A DNA stretch of 64,000 bases. It comes from Eledone cirrhosa. Taxonomy: Eukaryota. The stretch covers positions 17,484,001 to 17,548,000 of the forward strand of contig OZ024752.1 of NCBI GenBank assembly GCA_964016885.1. The letters are read 5' to 3'. The position numbers were made by a program, and so were the translations under genes. Positions 24,045-38,619 of the stretch are shown one piece after another; position 1 is the first letter of the stretch; every line of letters starts with the position of its first letter. The notes below the pieces were generated by a model. The model was not told where the DNA came from, did not search any database, and saw only the letters and a list, made by a program, of their open reading frames with translations.

Positions 24045-26035
24045 TGATTCCAGTTGGTCGTAAATTTTGCCTCGGTAATTAGTTTTTTAAGGTTGGGTGC
24101 TTGGCGTCTGCTATAAATTATCTGTGTGTTTTTTAAGAGTGCATTCATTTTGGTAGATTGCTGTAGAATCGGGAGATACTGCTTAGCAGTTTTCACAATG
24201 TTGATGTTCCCTGGGTTGTGAGTGATGACAAAAGAGATAGCAGGGTTTTCTTTTTTATGTTGTGGGTTTGGTTTTCTCAGTGTTGTTATTGGGATGTTCT
24301 TAGCCTTGGAGATAGCTGCGTTGATGAGTTTCATCGGGTATTCTTGTTTTTTAAGGAATTTTTTCAGGTCGCATAATCTTTTTTCTTGTAGTACGGGGTG
24401 TGTTGCTATAGTGCAGATGCGCCTTGCCATGTTGAAGGGAATGTTCCTTTTCGTATGTGAGGGGTGTGCTGACCGGAAATTTAAGTATTGGTGTGTGTCA
24501 GTGGGTTTGCAAAATAGGTCCGTTATGATATGTTCCCCTTCTTTGATGATGAGGATATCTAGAAAGGGCAGTTCCTTTTCGTTACATTCCATAGTGAATT
24601 GTATAGCTTCATGAAGCCTGTTTAGGATCGAATAAAATTTTTGTAGGTCTGTTTGGCTTCTGTTCCAGAAGATGAAGCAGTCATCTAGGTAACGTTTCCA
24701 GTTTTTATTAATGTAGAAGGCGAAGTCTTGACTGAATGTTATCTGTAGTTGGGAATATAATTTTGCCTCTAAGTGACCCATAACGAGCGTTGCATATGTA
24801 GGGGCCACTTTGGTACCCATGGCTGTTCCTATTATTTGTAGATAAAGTTTGTTGTCAAAGAGGAAGTGGTTGTTTTCCAATCCTAATTTAAGTCCTTCCA
24901 AGATGAATTCTTTGGGGAATCTTTCTGAAATGTGACTTGAGTGTTTTGTAATCCAGAAGTCCACAGCTTCAATCCCTAGGTCGTGTGGGATGTTAGTGTA
25001 CAGGCTTATTACATCAAAACTGACTAGGATTGTATCCTGGTGTACTTTTTGGGGGATATAGTTAAGGAATTCCATATCATCTCTGATGTAGCTTGGAACT
25101 TTTTTACATAGAGGTTTGAGTATGATGTCTAATAGGTTGCTTAGACGTTGTGTGCTTGAGGCTGGGCCAGCAATAATGGGGCGTAATTTTAAGTCTGTCG
25201 GTTTTGGTGCTTCGATGTATGATGTATTTTTCCCTTTTATGTTGTTTTGGATTTCTATGGATTTGTGAATTTTTGGTAATCCATAGAAATTGCTGGTTTT
25301 CATTTCGAAGTTGGTTAGGTAATCTACTTCTTTTGGTGTTAGGTTGTTTTGGTACTTTGTTGTTAGTTTGCCTATTTGGTTCCTCGATTTCCTTTCTTCG
25401 TTTTTAGTGATTTTCCTGTAGAAGTTTTCGTCATTCAAGTGTGCTAGGACCATATCTTTGTAGTGGTTTGTGTCCATGATGACGATTGCTCCACCTTTGT
25501 CCGCTTCTTTTATTATTATTGAGGAATCTCTTTGTAGCTTGTTCAATGCTAGTAGTTGGTCTGTAGGGATGTTGCATTTGTGTTTCGTCTCGGCCGTATT
25601 TGTACGTGCTGATCGGCGAAGGCAGGTTATGTATTCCTCCAGGTATTTATCTCTATTTAGCGGGAGTGTGAAGTTCTTTTTGTTTTTCACCAGTGATTCT
25701 TCCTCGTATTGTACACCCTGGAAGAATTCTCCTAAGCGTAATTTTCGACAGTATTCTTCTGTGTCTTTTATAACATCGGCTGTATCTGCTTTCGGAGTGG
25801 GAGTGAACTTCAGTCCATTTTCTAACAGTTGTATTTCTGGTTGTGTTAATTTCTTGGCTGATATATTGATTATTTTTGGTTCGATTGGTTCTTTCTCGTC
25901 AGGTGCCACTTGAAAGGTGGTGCTTTTTTCTTTTTTCCTTTCATTTGGTGCGAGGCCCCTAGTCCTAAAAATGGGTGCCATTTGGGATAGGGGTGTTTCT
26001 GTTGTGGTGAAACCTTTGGCCCGCCGGAACTTCAT
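24035..26035 (-). CDS. PLE reverse transcriptase ORF (666 aa)
   Basis: GLKFTPTP, ADKGGAIVIM, FYGLPKIHK, LRPIIA, SFDVISLYTNIP, GTAMGTKVAPTYA, WKRYLDDCF, LPFLDI, HQYLNFRSAHP. Confidence 0.96.
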   Translation of the reverse strand: MKFRRAKGFTTTETPLSQMAPIFRTRGLAPNERKKEKSTTFQVAPDEKEPIEPKIINISAKKLTQPEIQLLENGLKFTPTPKADTADVIKDTEEYCRKLRLGEFFQGVQYEEESLVKNKKNFTLPLNRDKYLEEYITCLRRSARTNTAETKHKCNIPTDQLLALNKLQRDSSIIIKEADKGGAIVIMDTNHYKDMVLAHLNDENFYRKITKNEERKSRNQIGKLTTKYQNNLTPKEVDYLTNFEMKTSNFYGLPKIHKSIEIQNNIKGKNTSYIEAPKPTDLKLRPIIAGPASSTQRLSNLLDIILKPLCKKVPSYIRDDMEFLNYIPQKVHQDTILVSFDVISLYTNIPHDLGIEAVDFWITKHSSHISERFPKEFILEGLKLGLENNHFLFDNKLYLQIIGTAMGTKVAPTYATLVMGHLEAKLYSQLQITFSQDFAFYINKNWKRYLDDCFIFWNRSQTDLQKFYSILNRLHEAIQFTMECNEKELPFLDILIIKEGEHIITDLFCKPTDTHQYLNFRSAHPSHTKRNIPFNMARRICTIATHPVLQEKRLCDLKKFLKKQEYPMKLINAAISKAKNIPITTLRKPNPQHKKENPAISFVITHNPGNINIVKTAKQYLPILQQSTKMNALLKNTQIIYSRRQAPNLKKLITEAKFTTNWNQCK

Positions 26036-27065
26036 GTCGGTAACTGGTTGGGCGATAGACTCTTGCGTGGCCGTTGCTGTATGGGGGTCTGGTTCTTCTG
26101 TTGATTCGTTCAGTATTCATGTGTCTTTGATTTTGTCTCCGGTGATTGTTCTTGGTGTTATGGCAGTGGTTGTATCTGGTTCTGGTGTTGAGTATTGGGT
26201 CTGTATATAGTTGTGTGTTTGGGGTTACCCAATATCTGGTTGTTGTTGGTTTATTGTGTGTGGGTGCTTCATTTCTTGTGTTGTTGTATTTTCCTGAGTT
26301 CTGGGGTTTCCTATGGGTTTGTTTTCTGGGTTTTATTTGGTCTTTCCCATAGTTATCTTCATATTCTTGAAGCCATTGAGTTCTTGACTCCAAGATTTTC
26401 TTTGATTTTAACTCCTCTCTAGTTGTATCTGTCTGCCATAGGTTAAGGAGTTTTTCACGTACATTGCCGCTGCTTCTTTTGTTTATTTCCTCTTGGATGG
26501 TGGTGTCGCATTTTTCAAATTTCTCTTTGAATTTTGGCACTCTTAGGCGGAGTAGGGTGATTTCGGTCTCAAGTGTTTGGAGTGCAGTTTCTTCCTTTGA
26601 TTCCGATGGTATTTCTTTAATTCGGAATTTTCTCGGGAGGATAACTGGTTCCTTGCTACGCCATATTTCGTATGTGTCTGCTAGGTTTTCACTCCTCAAG
26701 GCTTTCCAGTATGCCTGTTTCCTTTGATTTAATAATGGGTTCCAAATGTTTTTCATTTGGTTTCTTTTTCTGTAGGCTTCTTTTTCTAGGTTCAGTTCAT
26801 TCCATTCTTTGAATGCATTATTGGTGATGGAGTTCTGTTCGTGTGTAGCTATTTCAGGAGAAAAGGTTTGTTCTTGTTTTTGCCGGTCTGTAATTAGTGA
26901 ATCAAGTTTTTACCTATAGCTGCGTGTTTGTTGTTCCATTTCTTGTACGGCATTCGTAAGGGAATCATATTTATCTATTATTATGGTCAGTTTTTCTGAT
27001 ATTTCCTGTAGTAGTGTATCCGATTTGAGGGATTCAGTAGAGGATTTTAAACGTGTGTTAGCCAT
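25965..27065 (-). pseudogene. Upstream ORF of the PLE (~366 codons, charged/helical, likely coiled coil), with one internal stop at 26910-26912
   Basis: MANTRLKS...LLQEISEKLTIIIDKYDSLTNAVQEMEQ is in frame with ORF 25965-26756; different frame from the RT. Confidence 0.7.
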
Positions 27066-27532
27066 TCTGTCTTGTACAAGGGGATAGAATATTGGAAAAT
27101 GTGTGTAATCCTTGGTACAGTTAGGTATATTAAGACAGGGGGGAAGAAAAAATGGCTTCACATGTGCTTTCAACAATTTTATTTTATTCACAAAATCCCA
27201 AAAGAATTTTTCTTAAAAAAAATTATTTTACAAGAATACCCGATGAAACACATCAACGCAGCCATCACCAAGGCTAAGAACATCCCAATAACAACACTGA
27301 GAAAACCAAACCCACAACATAAAAAAGAAAACCCTGCTATCTCTTTTGTCATCACTCACAACCCAGGGAACATCAACATTGTGAAAACTGCTAAGCAGTA
27401 TCTCCCGATTCTACAGCAATCTACCAAAATGAATGCACTCTTGAAAAACACACAGATAATTTATAGCAGACGCCAAGCACCCAACCTTAAAAAACTAATT
27501 GCCAAGGCAAAATTTACGACCAACTGGAATCA

Positions 27533-27934
27533 ATGCAAGTGACGAAATGCGGGGACCCTAGATGTGGAACCTGTGAACTCATCGAAGAGGGCAAACAGTT
27601 GTCCTTCAAAAACCATGATAATTTCAAGGTCAATGCTAACATGAACTGCAAAACGAAAAACCTAATATATTGCGCAACATGTCCACAGTGTAAAGAGTAT
27701 TACATTGGGGAAACCGGAACGGGATTACATGATAGAGTCCGGGTACATAAACAACAAATTAAAGACCCCACAGTCAGAAATACCACATGTAGCGCACACT
27801 TTGCATCATGCGGGAAGGGAAAATTCACAATCTTCCCTTTCTTCAAGATATGGTCGGATAACGAACATTTCCGCAGATATAAAGAAGAATTCTTCATTGA
27901 AAAATTTAAACCACTACTGAACACGAAAAAATGA
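27533..27934 (+). CDS. PLE GIY-YIG endonuclease domain in the inverted arm (open frame)
   Basis: [26 protein letters not shown]...[13 protein letters not shown]. Confidence 0.88.
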   Translation: MQVTKCGDPRCGTCELIEEGKQLSFKNHDNFKVNANMNCKTKNLIYCATCPQCKEYYIGETGTGLHDRVRVHKQQIKDPTVRNTTCSAHFASCGKGKFTIFPFFKIWSDNEHFRRYKEEFFIEKFKPLLNTKK

Positions 27935-28175
27935 ATTAACACTCGGAGGTAAAATTCCATTTCACTACCCCCCCCCCTCTTCTTATGTATACACATAAAT
28001 ATCTGAGTAAACGGTGAGACACACACATATATGTGTGTAGGGATGTATGGATGTATGTACGTGTGGGTATATATGTATGTGGGTGTGTGTATGTGTGTGT
28101 GTGTGTATGTGTGTGTGTATATATATATATATGTATGGATGTGTGTATGTTTGTATGTGTGTGTGTATATATATA

Positions 28176-28222
<47 letters not shown>

Positions 28223-28287
28223 ATGTGTGTATATATGTGTATATGTACATGTATGTATGTGTATGTTTGTATATATATGTGTGTATA

Positions 28288-28338
<51 letters not shown>

Positions 28339-28631
28339 ATAGATATGTATGTTTATGTGTGTGTGTATGTATGTGCATATATGTATATATGTGTGTACAT
28401 ATGTGTATGTTTCTGTTTGTGTATATGTATGTATTTATGTAGATGTATGTGTATATATATGTATATATATGTATATATATGTGTATGTGTATATGTGTCT
28501 TTATCTGCTCGTGTGTACGCACATATATATATGTATGTATATATGTATGTGTGTATGTATCTATGTACATGTATGTGTATGTATGTATGTGTGTATGTAT
28601 GTACTTGTATGTGTATGTGTATGTGTATGTA

Positions 28632-28699
<68 letters not shown>

Positions 28700-28825
28700 A
28701 TATATATATGTGTGTATATGTATGTGTATATATATGTATATGGATATATATGTATGTGTATGTGTATATGTGTGTATGTGTCTGTATGTGTTTATGTGTA
28801 CACATGTGTATGTGTATATGTATGG

Positions 28826-28934
<109 letters not shown>

Positions 28935-29175
28935 GTATGCCTCTCTCTTTATATGTGTATATATATATATAGATGTATGTGTGTATGTGTGTGTGTATGC
29001 ATGTACGTGTGAACGGAGGGGTATATATACGGACATATGTATATGTGTGTGTGTGTATACACGTGCGTGTGTGTGTGTGTATGTGTATGTGTGCGTGTAT
29101 GTGTATATATGTATATTTAGTTATGTATCTTTATGTGTGTATATGTATGTATATGTATGTATGTATATGTATGTA

Positions 29176-29214
<39 letters not shown>

Positions 29215-29261
29215 ATATATATGTATGTGTGTGTGTATGTGTGTGTATGTGTATATGTATG

Positions 29262-29298
<37 letters not shown>

Positions 29299-29869
29299 AT
29301 ATGTATATATATATATATATACCCATGTGGAGGTATGAGTACATATTCGTGTGTGTACGTATGTGTATGTGTGTTTTTATATGTGTCTCTGTATGTTTTT
29401 GTGTATGTATGTGGATGTATTTGTACATGGGTGTGTGATTGATGGTGTGTACCTATATATTCCTACATATGCCCGTGTGTGTATGTACGTATATGCGCAC
29501 ATATATGTGTGTGTTGAACAAAGGACTAACTTTGGGATGGACGTAGAAAAATTCTTCAGGAAAAAAATAAAAAAATAATTATTCACAAACTTGACAGGTG
29601 CGATTTGCCTGTGACCATTCTCAACACAAAAGCAATACTAAAAGCTTTTTCCCCTGAATAAAGGAATTTTTCGAGAATGACCGTGGCAGGCCGCACTTGC
29701 TACATTTCTCCCCACCCAACCCTACTCACCGTCTCAACTCATTACTGCTATGAACACTTTTTCAACACACCTACACCCATGCACTTATTAAAGGGGGAGA
29801 AAAGAAACCCCCACCACACCACAGACATGTTAAATCCCTATATATAGAACAACACACCACATACACATC

Positions 29870-29906
29870 AGTTTGACAAGCGCACCTCAGCGTGAAAGGT
29901 CTTTCT
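29870..29906 (+). ncRNA. Minimal HHR candidate with U3-A8 core in the PLE pLTR (mirror copy at 21085-21121, minus)
   Basis: AGT-TTGACAA-GCGC acctca GCGT-GAAA-GGTC-TT-TCT; sense to the element in both arms; stem I weak. Confidence 0.5.
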
Positions 29907-30065
29907 AAAAACGAAACAATACCTCCTACGTTAACCAAGAACTCTTAAGACCTAACCAACAACCAACAACTTAATTTATAAAATAATTTTTTTTAAGAAA
30001 AATTCTTTTTGGATTTCGTGAAGAAAATAAATTAACCTAACTGTACCAAGGATTACACACATTTT

Positions 30066-30104
<39 letters not shown>

Positions 30105-30261
30105 TAATAGTAATAAATTTGAAGACTAAAATCCAAAGAGGGCTCGATAAGGATAAATATATATCAAATATATAAGAACCGTAGAGCAAATATTTATTAA
30201 AATAACAGATTAACGTTTAAGCAAAGAATCGCTGCTTTCACCCTTAACGGGATCTTCTGAA

Positions 30262-30446
<185 letters not shown>

Positions 30447-31559
30447 AATTACAGAATAATCAAAACTATGTTCAAAACATTTTATTACTGACAATCGTTT
30501 CTTCCAAACTTTCGTTTGAATCATCGGAGCACTAGCAAAGTTTAGACATATAATTAACATCTTATTCCACAGAACAATCGTAAAGATACATAGATGTTAG
30601 TGTTGTCGTTAACAGTGTCATATTTAAAGAGTGAAGATGGTGTGGTCAGTATCAGTGGATGCGACAAAGATTATAAAAAAATAATACAACAATTATAGAG
30701 GAATTAAAGAAGAAAGTTACTCGCAAAACGAGGACATTAGCAGTACATATGCAAGCGTATAGAAAGAGTGCAGATGTGTTAGGCATGTACAGAATAGCCT
30801 GGTAAGAAACAAGCAATGGTACTAGGCATATATATCACAGTATGGCAAAGGTATTACATAATACATTACAGGTATAAAAGAATATTAAGCAGACAAAGAT
30901 GCTTGGGTATGAAAAGCAGTTTCTATGAAGTTTATAGTGGATGTAATGTGATAATTGTTCTGGTCATGTTCAAATGTGTATGTGTTATGAGTAATAATAT
31001 CAAGGTTTTCCTTTCCATTACATTAGTTATATTTTAGTAAATGTTTATAAGTAGCTACAACCATGGATTGTATATTGGTCCTATTACAATCTTATCAAGG
31101 GTTCGAGTTGTTCTAGAGTGATTTGTCTAACTGTTTAATTTCAGGAAGTGAATCAGAGATCTATATTAAGGGGAGGTAATTTGCGATTAATTTGTATATA
31201 AGAGAAAAAAATGTATAGTTGTTTACAACTCCAATTAAATTCTATGTGTTAATATACAATATATTATGCTATAAGTGAATCCTTTTATATAATGCTATTG
31301 ATTTTAAAAATTTATATATTTAATTTTAAATACAATCTTTTTTCCCTATAATACCTTAAAGGTCTCATTTTATCACTACCCACCCATATATTAATTAAAT
31401 GGATAAAATATTAGTAAGTTATAGTAGTTATATTAAATAGTGGTAACTTTATGTTTATTCCCAATAGTTATTGTAGAGTAAAAGATTTGAGATAAATAGG
31501 AGGTAAGTAAAGGAATGAGCTGATCAAAGAATGTGATGCTGATAAAACCTAGAGGTAAA

Positions 31560-31900
31560 GTGTTAATGGTGGTGAGGAATCCAGATCTGACATTGTTATA
31601 TACAGCAGCTAGGTTTGAAGTTGTGGAAAGAGTGTCGGTGGTAGTGTTGGCACATGGAAAACATTTCTGATTTTCTATTTAAGAGGTCTATCTTAGAACA
31701 GATTATAGTGCTGGTCTCTAGAAGACAGAGGTTACATAATTTATTCGGTGGTTTATACGATGCGGCCTCATCTATTACTTCCCATTGAAGTGTATATGGT
31801 CTATTCTTAGTTTTCTAACTAGTATGTAGTTAGATAAAGAAGTGGAGTGGCCTAGATTGGAGTTGCCTAACTAGTATGTAGTTAGATAAAGAAGTAGAGT
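31560..31900 (-). mobile_element. PLE GIY-YIG C-terminal relic, homologous to 51980-52270
   Basis: NSTSLSNYI...CNLCLLETSTII...NRKSEMFSMCQH. Confidence 0.75.
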
Positions 31901-32404
31901 TGCCTAGATTGCGATTTTTGAAATCGCAATCTAGCCAACACCACTTCTAGGTTTTATCAGCATATAATTACCCCCACTGCATCCCATTCTATGATAAGTT
32001 CATTCCTCTCCTTTCCTCCTATTTATCTCAAATCTTATACTCTACAATAACTATTAGGAATAAACATAAAGTTACCACAATTTAATATAACTACTATAAC
32101 TTACTAATATTTTATTCATTTAACTTTGATAACTTTGATAACTTTGATAGGTTTCGGCCAGTATTGACCCAGGCGATCTCTAACTTAATAGCACAACTAC
32201 ACACACACACATATATATATATATATAATTGAGAATATGTTTTTACATGTTTTTATGCGAGCTATTGAAATTGAAGCAATTAAGCAATATTGATTTGATT
32301 GCACTCTGCTTGAGGTTATTTTAGCGCCTCATATGCATCGAGTGGTTATTGGCAAACAAGTCGATATATTCTAATATTTTAATATTTCTGTATTGATATT
32401 TACA

Positions 32405-32438
<34 letters not shown>

Positions 32439-32798
32439 CAACCTCTAACTAGATGACCTAAAACGGATCTTCTATATCTCTAGAAAAGCTGTCTTACTAA
32501 TGGATACAAAGGTTTGATTAGAAACAGAACCCATCCTTTTAAATTCTTCTTCCTGGTGTTTCTGTCGTGTTGATGTCAATTTTTCTAATCTGCTCTTAAT
32601 GTTATCAATATTACCTTATTGTTTAATATTGCCAGTTTCTATTTCTTTGTGTAATAGATAGTTCTTTATAGGTTAATTAGTATCGATCTTTATCATGATA
32701 GACGAGTTGTTGTTGTTATGCTGGGAGAGAGTTAAAGATAAAGGAAATCTAATAGTGAGCGATGGAGAGAGAGAGAGAAAGAGAGAGAGAGAAAGAGA

Positions 32799-32855
<57 letters not shown>

Positions 32856-32860
32856 GGAGG

Positions 32861-32892
<32 letters not shown>

Positions 32893-33059
32893 CGGAGCTA
32901 GTGAGAGAGAGAGAGACACATACATATAATTGTAACAATTGGATATATTTATATAGTTATGTATTGACGTGTTTCTTAGAATTACGAAATTGCTATACAT
33001 ATATTTTTCTGTTCTACTGCGGCTACAACTTCGATTTATAGCTATTATATATACCTATT

Positions 33060-33265
33060 AGTATTGGTAGTATCGATAGAGCGTCGGACAACATGCTTCG
33101 CAGCATAGAGTTACGTTCTTTGTTCAAGTCCCGCCGTGGTTAGCTTTGCTTTTCATCCTTATGGGCTCGATAAATAAAGCACCGTTAATGCACTGGGGTC
33201 GATTTATTCGACTTTCCACTCACCCTAAATTGCTGGCCTTGTGCCTATAATAGAAATTATTATTA
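33060..33265 (+). mobile_element. SINE, diverged
   Basis: GGTAGTATCGATAGAG, GTTCAAGTCC, central domain, GCTGGCCTTGTGCC. Confidence 0.85.
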
Positions 33266-33422
33266 TTTTTTTTCATTTATCTTGTTTTATGTTCATACGA
33301 GTTATCACCAAGTCACAACCAGTGACCTAAAGAGACAACAAGGTCCGCCATGTTCAAGAAAAATCACACTTACACATACACACACACACATGTATCTTTA
33401 GGTGTTTACACCTGTGATGCAT

Positions 33423-34560
33423 TTATATTAGTGTATGGGCAATTCCTATTAGTACTATCTTTTGTACTTCTCCTATACGCGGCTTTCCTGGGATTTGCAA
33501 TAAGAAATCATTAGACCCCTTAGGTACCATTCCTAGAGCACCTACAACCATTGGTATTGATTTAGTTCTCAATTTCCACATTTTTCCAATTTCTATTTCC
33601 AGGTCTTTATATTTGCTCATTTTTTCAAATGTTTTTATAGATATATTCTTGTCTATTGGAACAGACATATCACTTAACAGGCATACTCTCTGTTTAAAGC
33701 CCTTCAGTATTATATCAGGTCTATTTGCATCTATTTTTCGGTCTGTTTGGACGCTAAAGTTCCACAAGATTGAGATGTGACCTTTTTCAAGTACGGGAGG
33801 TGGTTGATGCTCTCACCAATTCTTTTGATGGGACAGGTCAAAATGCTTACACATTATCCAATGTATGTATTGTGCATCTCTGTCATGCCTGTTTAGGTAT
33901 TCGGTTGGAGCTATAGGACTGCACATTGAAATTATAAAGTCAATGGTCTCTGGTTGGTTTTTACATACACGGCATAATGGGTTGCATCCACTTTTTATGA
34001 TGTTGGCTTGATAATTTTTTGTTGGTAGACACTGATCTTGTGCTGATATAATCAGTCCTTCAGTCCCCGATTTCAGTCCAGAGGATGCCAACCGCCTATG
34101 GGTTAAAGTTTTGTCAACATCAGGATTGTTAGCTCTTTCTGGGTATTTTCCATACAGAGGCTTTTCTTGCCATTTCTTAGCCAGTTTCTTTAATAGTTCT
34201 TTCTTTGCAGTTACTTTTACTGGCTTTGCTTTTTCTGTGCTTTTCATTTCGGCAGTAAATGGAGCTTCTGAAATTTGTAGTTCATTATTGTATCTTTGTG
34301 CATCTTTTGTAATGAAGTAGGATCTTTTGTTGCTTTCATATTTTAAAACGAGTTTGATCATCCAATCATGTGCTTCCCTTAGATATATAGATAATCCAAT
34401 TGTTGCAGTTTTCAAAGTAATATCCAACTGGATTAATCCATGTCCTCCTTCTTTCCTAGGGAGATATATTCTATCTGTATCTGTCTTAGGGTGATGCATT
34501 TCGTGCATGGTTAAGAGTTTTCTAATTTTCTAATCGAGTTTACGGATCTCTGTGCTTGAC
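33423..34560 (-). mobile_element. R4/Dong-like RLE LINE 3' fragment
   Basis: MHHPKTDTDRIYLPRKEGG.GL, TEGLIISAQDQ, zinc knuckle CRVC...ETIDFIISMC, YLNRHD, NRPDII, KYKDLEIEI, VVGALG. Confidence 0.92.
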
Positions 34561-34759
34561 TGCAAGTTCCTATTGGTATGGCAAGTGTGTTTATGGCATC
34601 AATCCTATTACTTGTATTTAACTGCTATCTCTCATTTGCATATGAAGATACATAAATTGGTTCAACTCTAAATGTTTATCTAAAAACATACCGTGTTTCT
34701 TTAGAAATACGAAGTTTCAATACATATCTGTATACAGCTATGCCTGAAGCTAAATCCTA

Positions 34760-34810
<51 letters not shown>

Positions 34811-34824
34811 ACACATATATATAT

Positions 34825-35795
34825 ATATATAAACAAATAGTAAAAAGGGAAAAATTCAGTAGAAAATGCTGGAGGGACTTTTTCAGTATAGTATCAAAAC
34901 ATTTCTTTATAAAGTGGGTATTTCCGCATTTAATAGTCGTACCGGTTTCACATTATATGCTTTTTTAACGGTGGATGTGCACAGTGCAGTTAAGTTGCAT
35001 ATTTATACGAATAATAAAAAGGGGAAGAAAAATTATTAGTTTTTACATACATATTTAGAGAGGAGAGTTCATCCTTCATGGGCCTATAATATAGTTGGCT
35101 GCTTTCTCGTAATAGAACCGATGAAATCCCTTTTCTCCATTTTCCATAATCTGGGAGTTTGTGCTGAAGATAGAATTAGTATTTCAGTAATTCTGAAGCT
35201 TTTTCATGGCAAACGTTGATTATTTCTGAGATAAAACAATTTAAGAATGACAGCTTTTCAGACAGGAATACCGAGGTAGATATGTTTAGAAACAATTACT
35301 TCCCCAGTCAATTCTAAGGTCATTCAACCATTCAATCGAATCCCACCATTTTTCAAAGTGGTTATCACCACAACAGATTGCTACCACACCTATACCCTGT
35401 CTCCTTCTTCTTCTCCCCTCTCACCACTTCGCCCTCTCCTCCCCCTCTCCTCCAACTACTACCAGTCAGAACCAGAAAAATGTGAAACTATTACATCCTC
35501 TGTTAGCCAACTAACAGAGAACGAAGGACAACCTCGGACTGAGATATGAACTCTCCTCTCTAAATATGTATGTAAAAACTAATAATCTTTCTTCCCCTTT
35601 TTATTATTCGTATAAATATGCAACTTAACTGCATAATGCACATCCGCCGTTGAAAAAGCATATAATGCTGAAACCGGTACCAAGATTAAATGCGGAAACA
35701 CCCACTTTATATGTTTTGATATTATACTAAAAAAAAATCCCCCCAGCATTTTCTACTGAAATTTTTCCTTTTTCCTATTTGTTTATATATATATG
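34825..35795. repeat. Foldback repeat (34825-35070 vs 35545-35795) carrying a U3-A8 HHR motif at 35648-35681 (+)
   Basis: CG-TTGAAAA-AGCA tataa TGCT-GAAA-CCGG-TA-C; palindromic stem III ACCGGT. Confidence 0.7.
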
Positions 35796-35842
35796 TATAT
35801 CAACTCGTGCGTTACTTTTCTACATTCGATATATATATATAT

Positions 35843-35995
35843 ATATTTATTAAAATAGCAGATTAAAGTTTAAGCAAAGAATCGCTGCTTTCACCCTTAA
35901 CGGGATCTTCTGAAACTCTGAGTTTCAGAAGATCCCGTTAAGGGTGAAAGCAGCGATTCTTTGCATAAACTTTAATCTGTTATTTTAATAAATAT
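35843..35995. repeat. Near-perfect palindrome (centre T35919) of a repeat family also found at 2670-2720, 3460-3760, 30105-30263 and 43580-43706
   Basis: ...CGGGATCTTCTGAAACTC-T-GAGTTTCAGAAGATCCCG... Confidence 0.93.
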
Positions 35996-36078
35996 TTGCT
36001 CTACGGTTCTTATATATTTGATATATATTTATCCTTATCGAGCCCTCTTTGGATTTTAGTCTTCAAATTTTTTATTAT

Positions 36079-36134
<56 letters not shown>

Positions 36135-36203
36135 AAAAAAAGATGAAATCGAAAATGCAACTGGAGTCTTATTTAAATAAAAAAATATATCTTTATTTGG
36201 TTC

Positions 36204-36239
36204 CTTTAGCGGTTTCGCAGTTCTTCTGCTTTTCAAAAG
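36204..36239 (-). ncRNA. Minimal HHR candidate with U3-A8 core
   Basis: CTT-TTGAAAA-GCAG aagaa CTGC-GAAA-CCGC-TA-AAG. Confidence 0.6.
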
Positions 36240-36273
36240 TAGAGTTGAGATGGAGGGTCTGTGTTTTTTCTCA

Positions 36274-37169
<896 letters not shown>

Positions 37170-37685
37170 TGAAAAATGGCGTGCTGTGTTGTTGCATTGT
37201 GATATACAAATTAAAATGAAGAATTAGAAATAGAAGCCAAGAGTATCCATCATCAGTGGTCTACTAGCCATCATAGGTATTTCTTCGCATTAAAGATCAG
37301 ATACCTCAGGCTAGCGCGAACAATAACTAAAATAAGTTATTGGGATAAAAAGAATTGGGTGGAGAAAGAGAGAGAGACAGGTAAACAAACATGAATGGTG
37401 AGGCAACGTAAAGAAAGGGAAAAATGAGAAAATGATGTCAATGATTCATTTGAACATGCGAACATTGCGAACATTGACGAGAAGACGAAAGACACATCTT
37501 AACTGTGCGAAAAGTAAGCGAGGAAAGAATTTCGCACGGTGTGGGACGCTGGAGGAAGTGAGATAGAGGGTGAGTAGCAGAGAGTGAGTGAGTGAAAGTG
37601 TGAGGAAGAGGCTAGCCGAGAGAGGTTGACTAGCTCCGTCTCTCTCACTACCTCCGTCTCTCTCACTACCTCTCTCACTACCTCC

Positions 37686-37756
<71 letters not shown>

Positions 37757-38072
37757 TATTGGATTTCTTTTATCTTTAGCTCTCTCCCAGCATAACAACA
37801 ACAACTCGTCTATCATGATAAAGATCGATACTAATTAACCTATAAAGAACTATCTATTACAAAGAGAAATAGAAACTAGCAATATTAAACAATAAGGTAA
37901 TATTGATAACATTAAGAGCAGATTAGAAAAATTGACATCAACACGACAGAAACACCAGGAAGAAGAATTTAAAAGGATGGGTTCTGTTTCTAATCAAACC
38001 TTTGTATCCATTAGTAAGACAGCTTTTCTAGAGATATAGAAGATCCGTTTTAGGTCATCTAGTTAGAGGTTG

Positions 38073-38110
<38 letters not shown>

Positions 38111-38619
38111 TGTAAATATCAATACAGAAATATTAAAATATTAGAATATATCGACTTGTTTGCCAATAACCACTCGATGCATATGAGGCGCTAAAATAAC
38201 CTCAAGCAGAGTGCAATCAAATCAATATTGCTTAATTGCTTCAATTTCAATAGCTCGCATAAAAACATGTAAAAACATATTCTCAATTATATATATATGT
38301 GTGTGTGTGTAGTTGTGCTATTAAGTTAGAGATCGCCTGGGTCAATACTGGCCGAAACCTATCAAAGTTATCAAAGTTAAATGAATAAAATATTAGTAAG
38401 TTATAGTAGTTATATTAAATTGTGGTAACTTTATGTTTATTCCTAATAGTTATTGTAGAGTATAAGATTTGAGATAAATAGGAGGAAAGGAGAGGAATGA
38501 ACTTATCATAGAATGGGATGCAGTGGGGGTAATTATATGCTGATAAAACCTAGAAGTGGTGTTGGCTAGATTGCGATATAGAAAATCCATGTTTAACCAT
38601 TTAGCATTTACATTACTCT

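Noticed and set aside
24035-24075. Programmed frameshift between the RT and GIY-YIG
   Set aside because: No correctly phased slippery heptamer; simpler as a 1-bp deletion in the template shared by both arms
35921-35962. CAGAAGA-TCCC gttaa GGGT-GAAA motif in the palindromic repeat family
   Set aside because: U4A core and no convincing stem I or III
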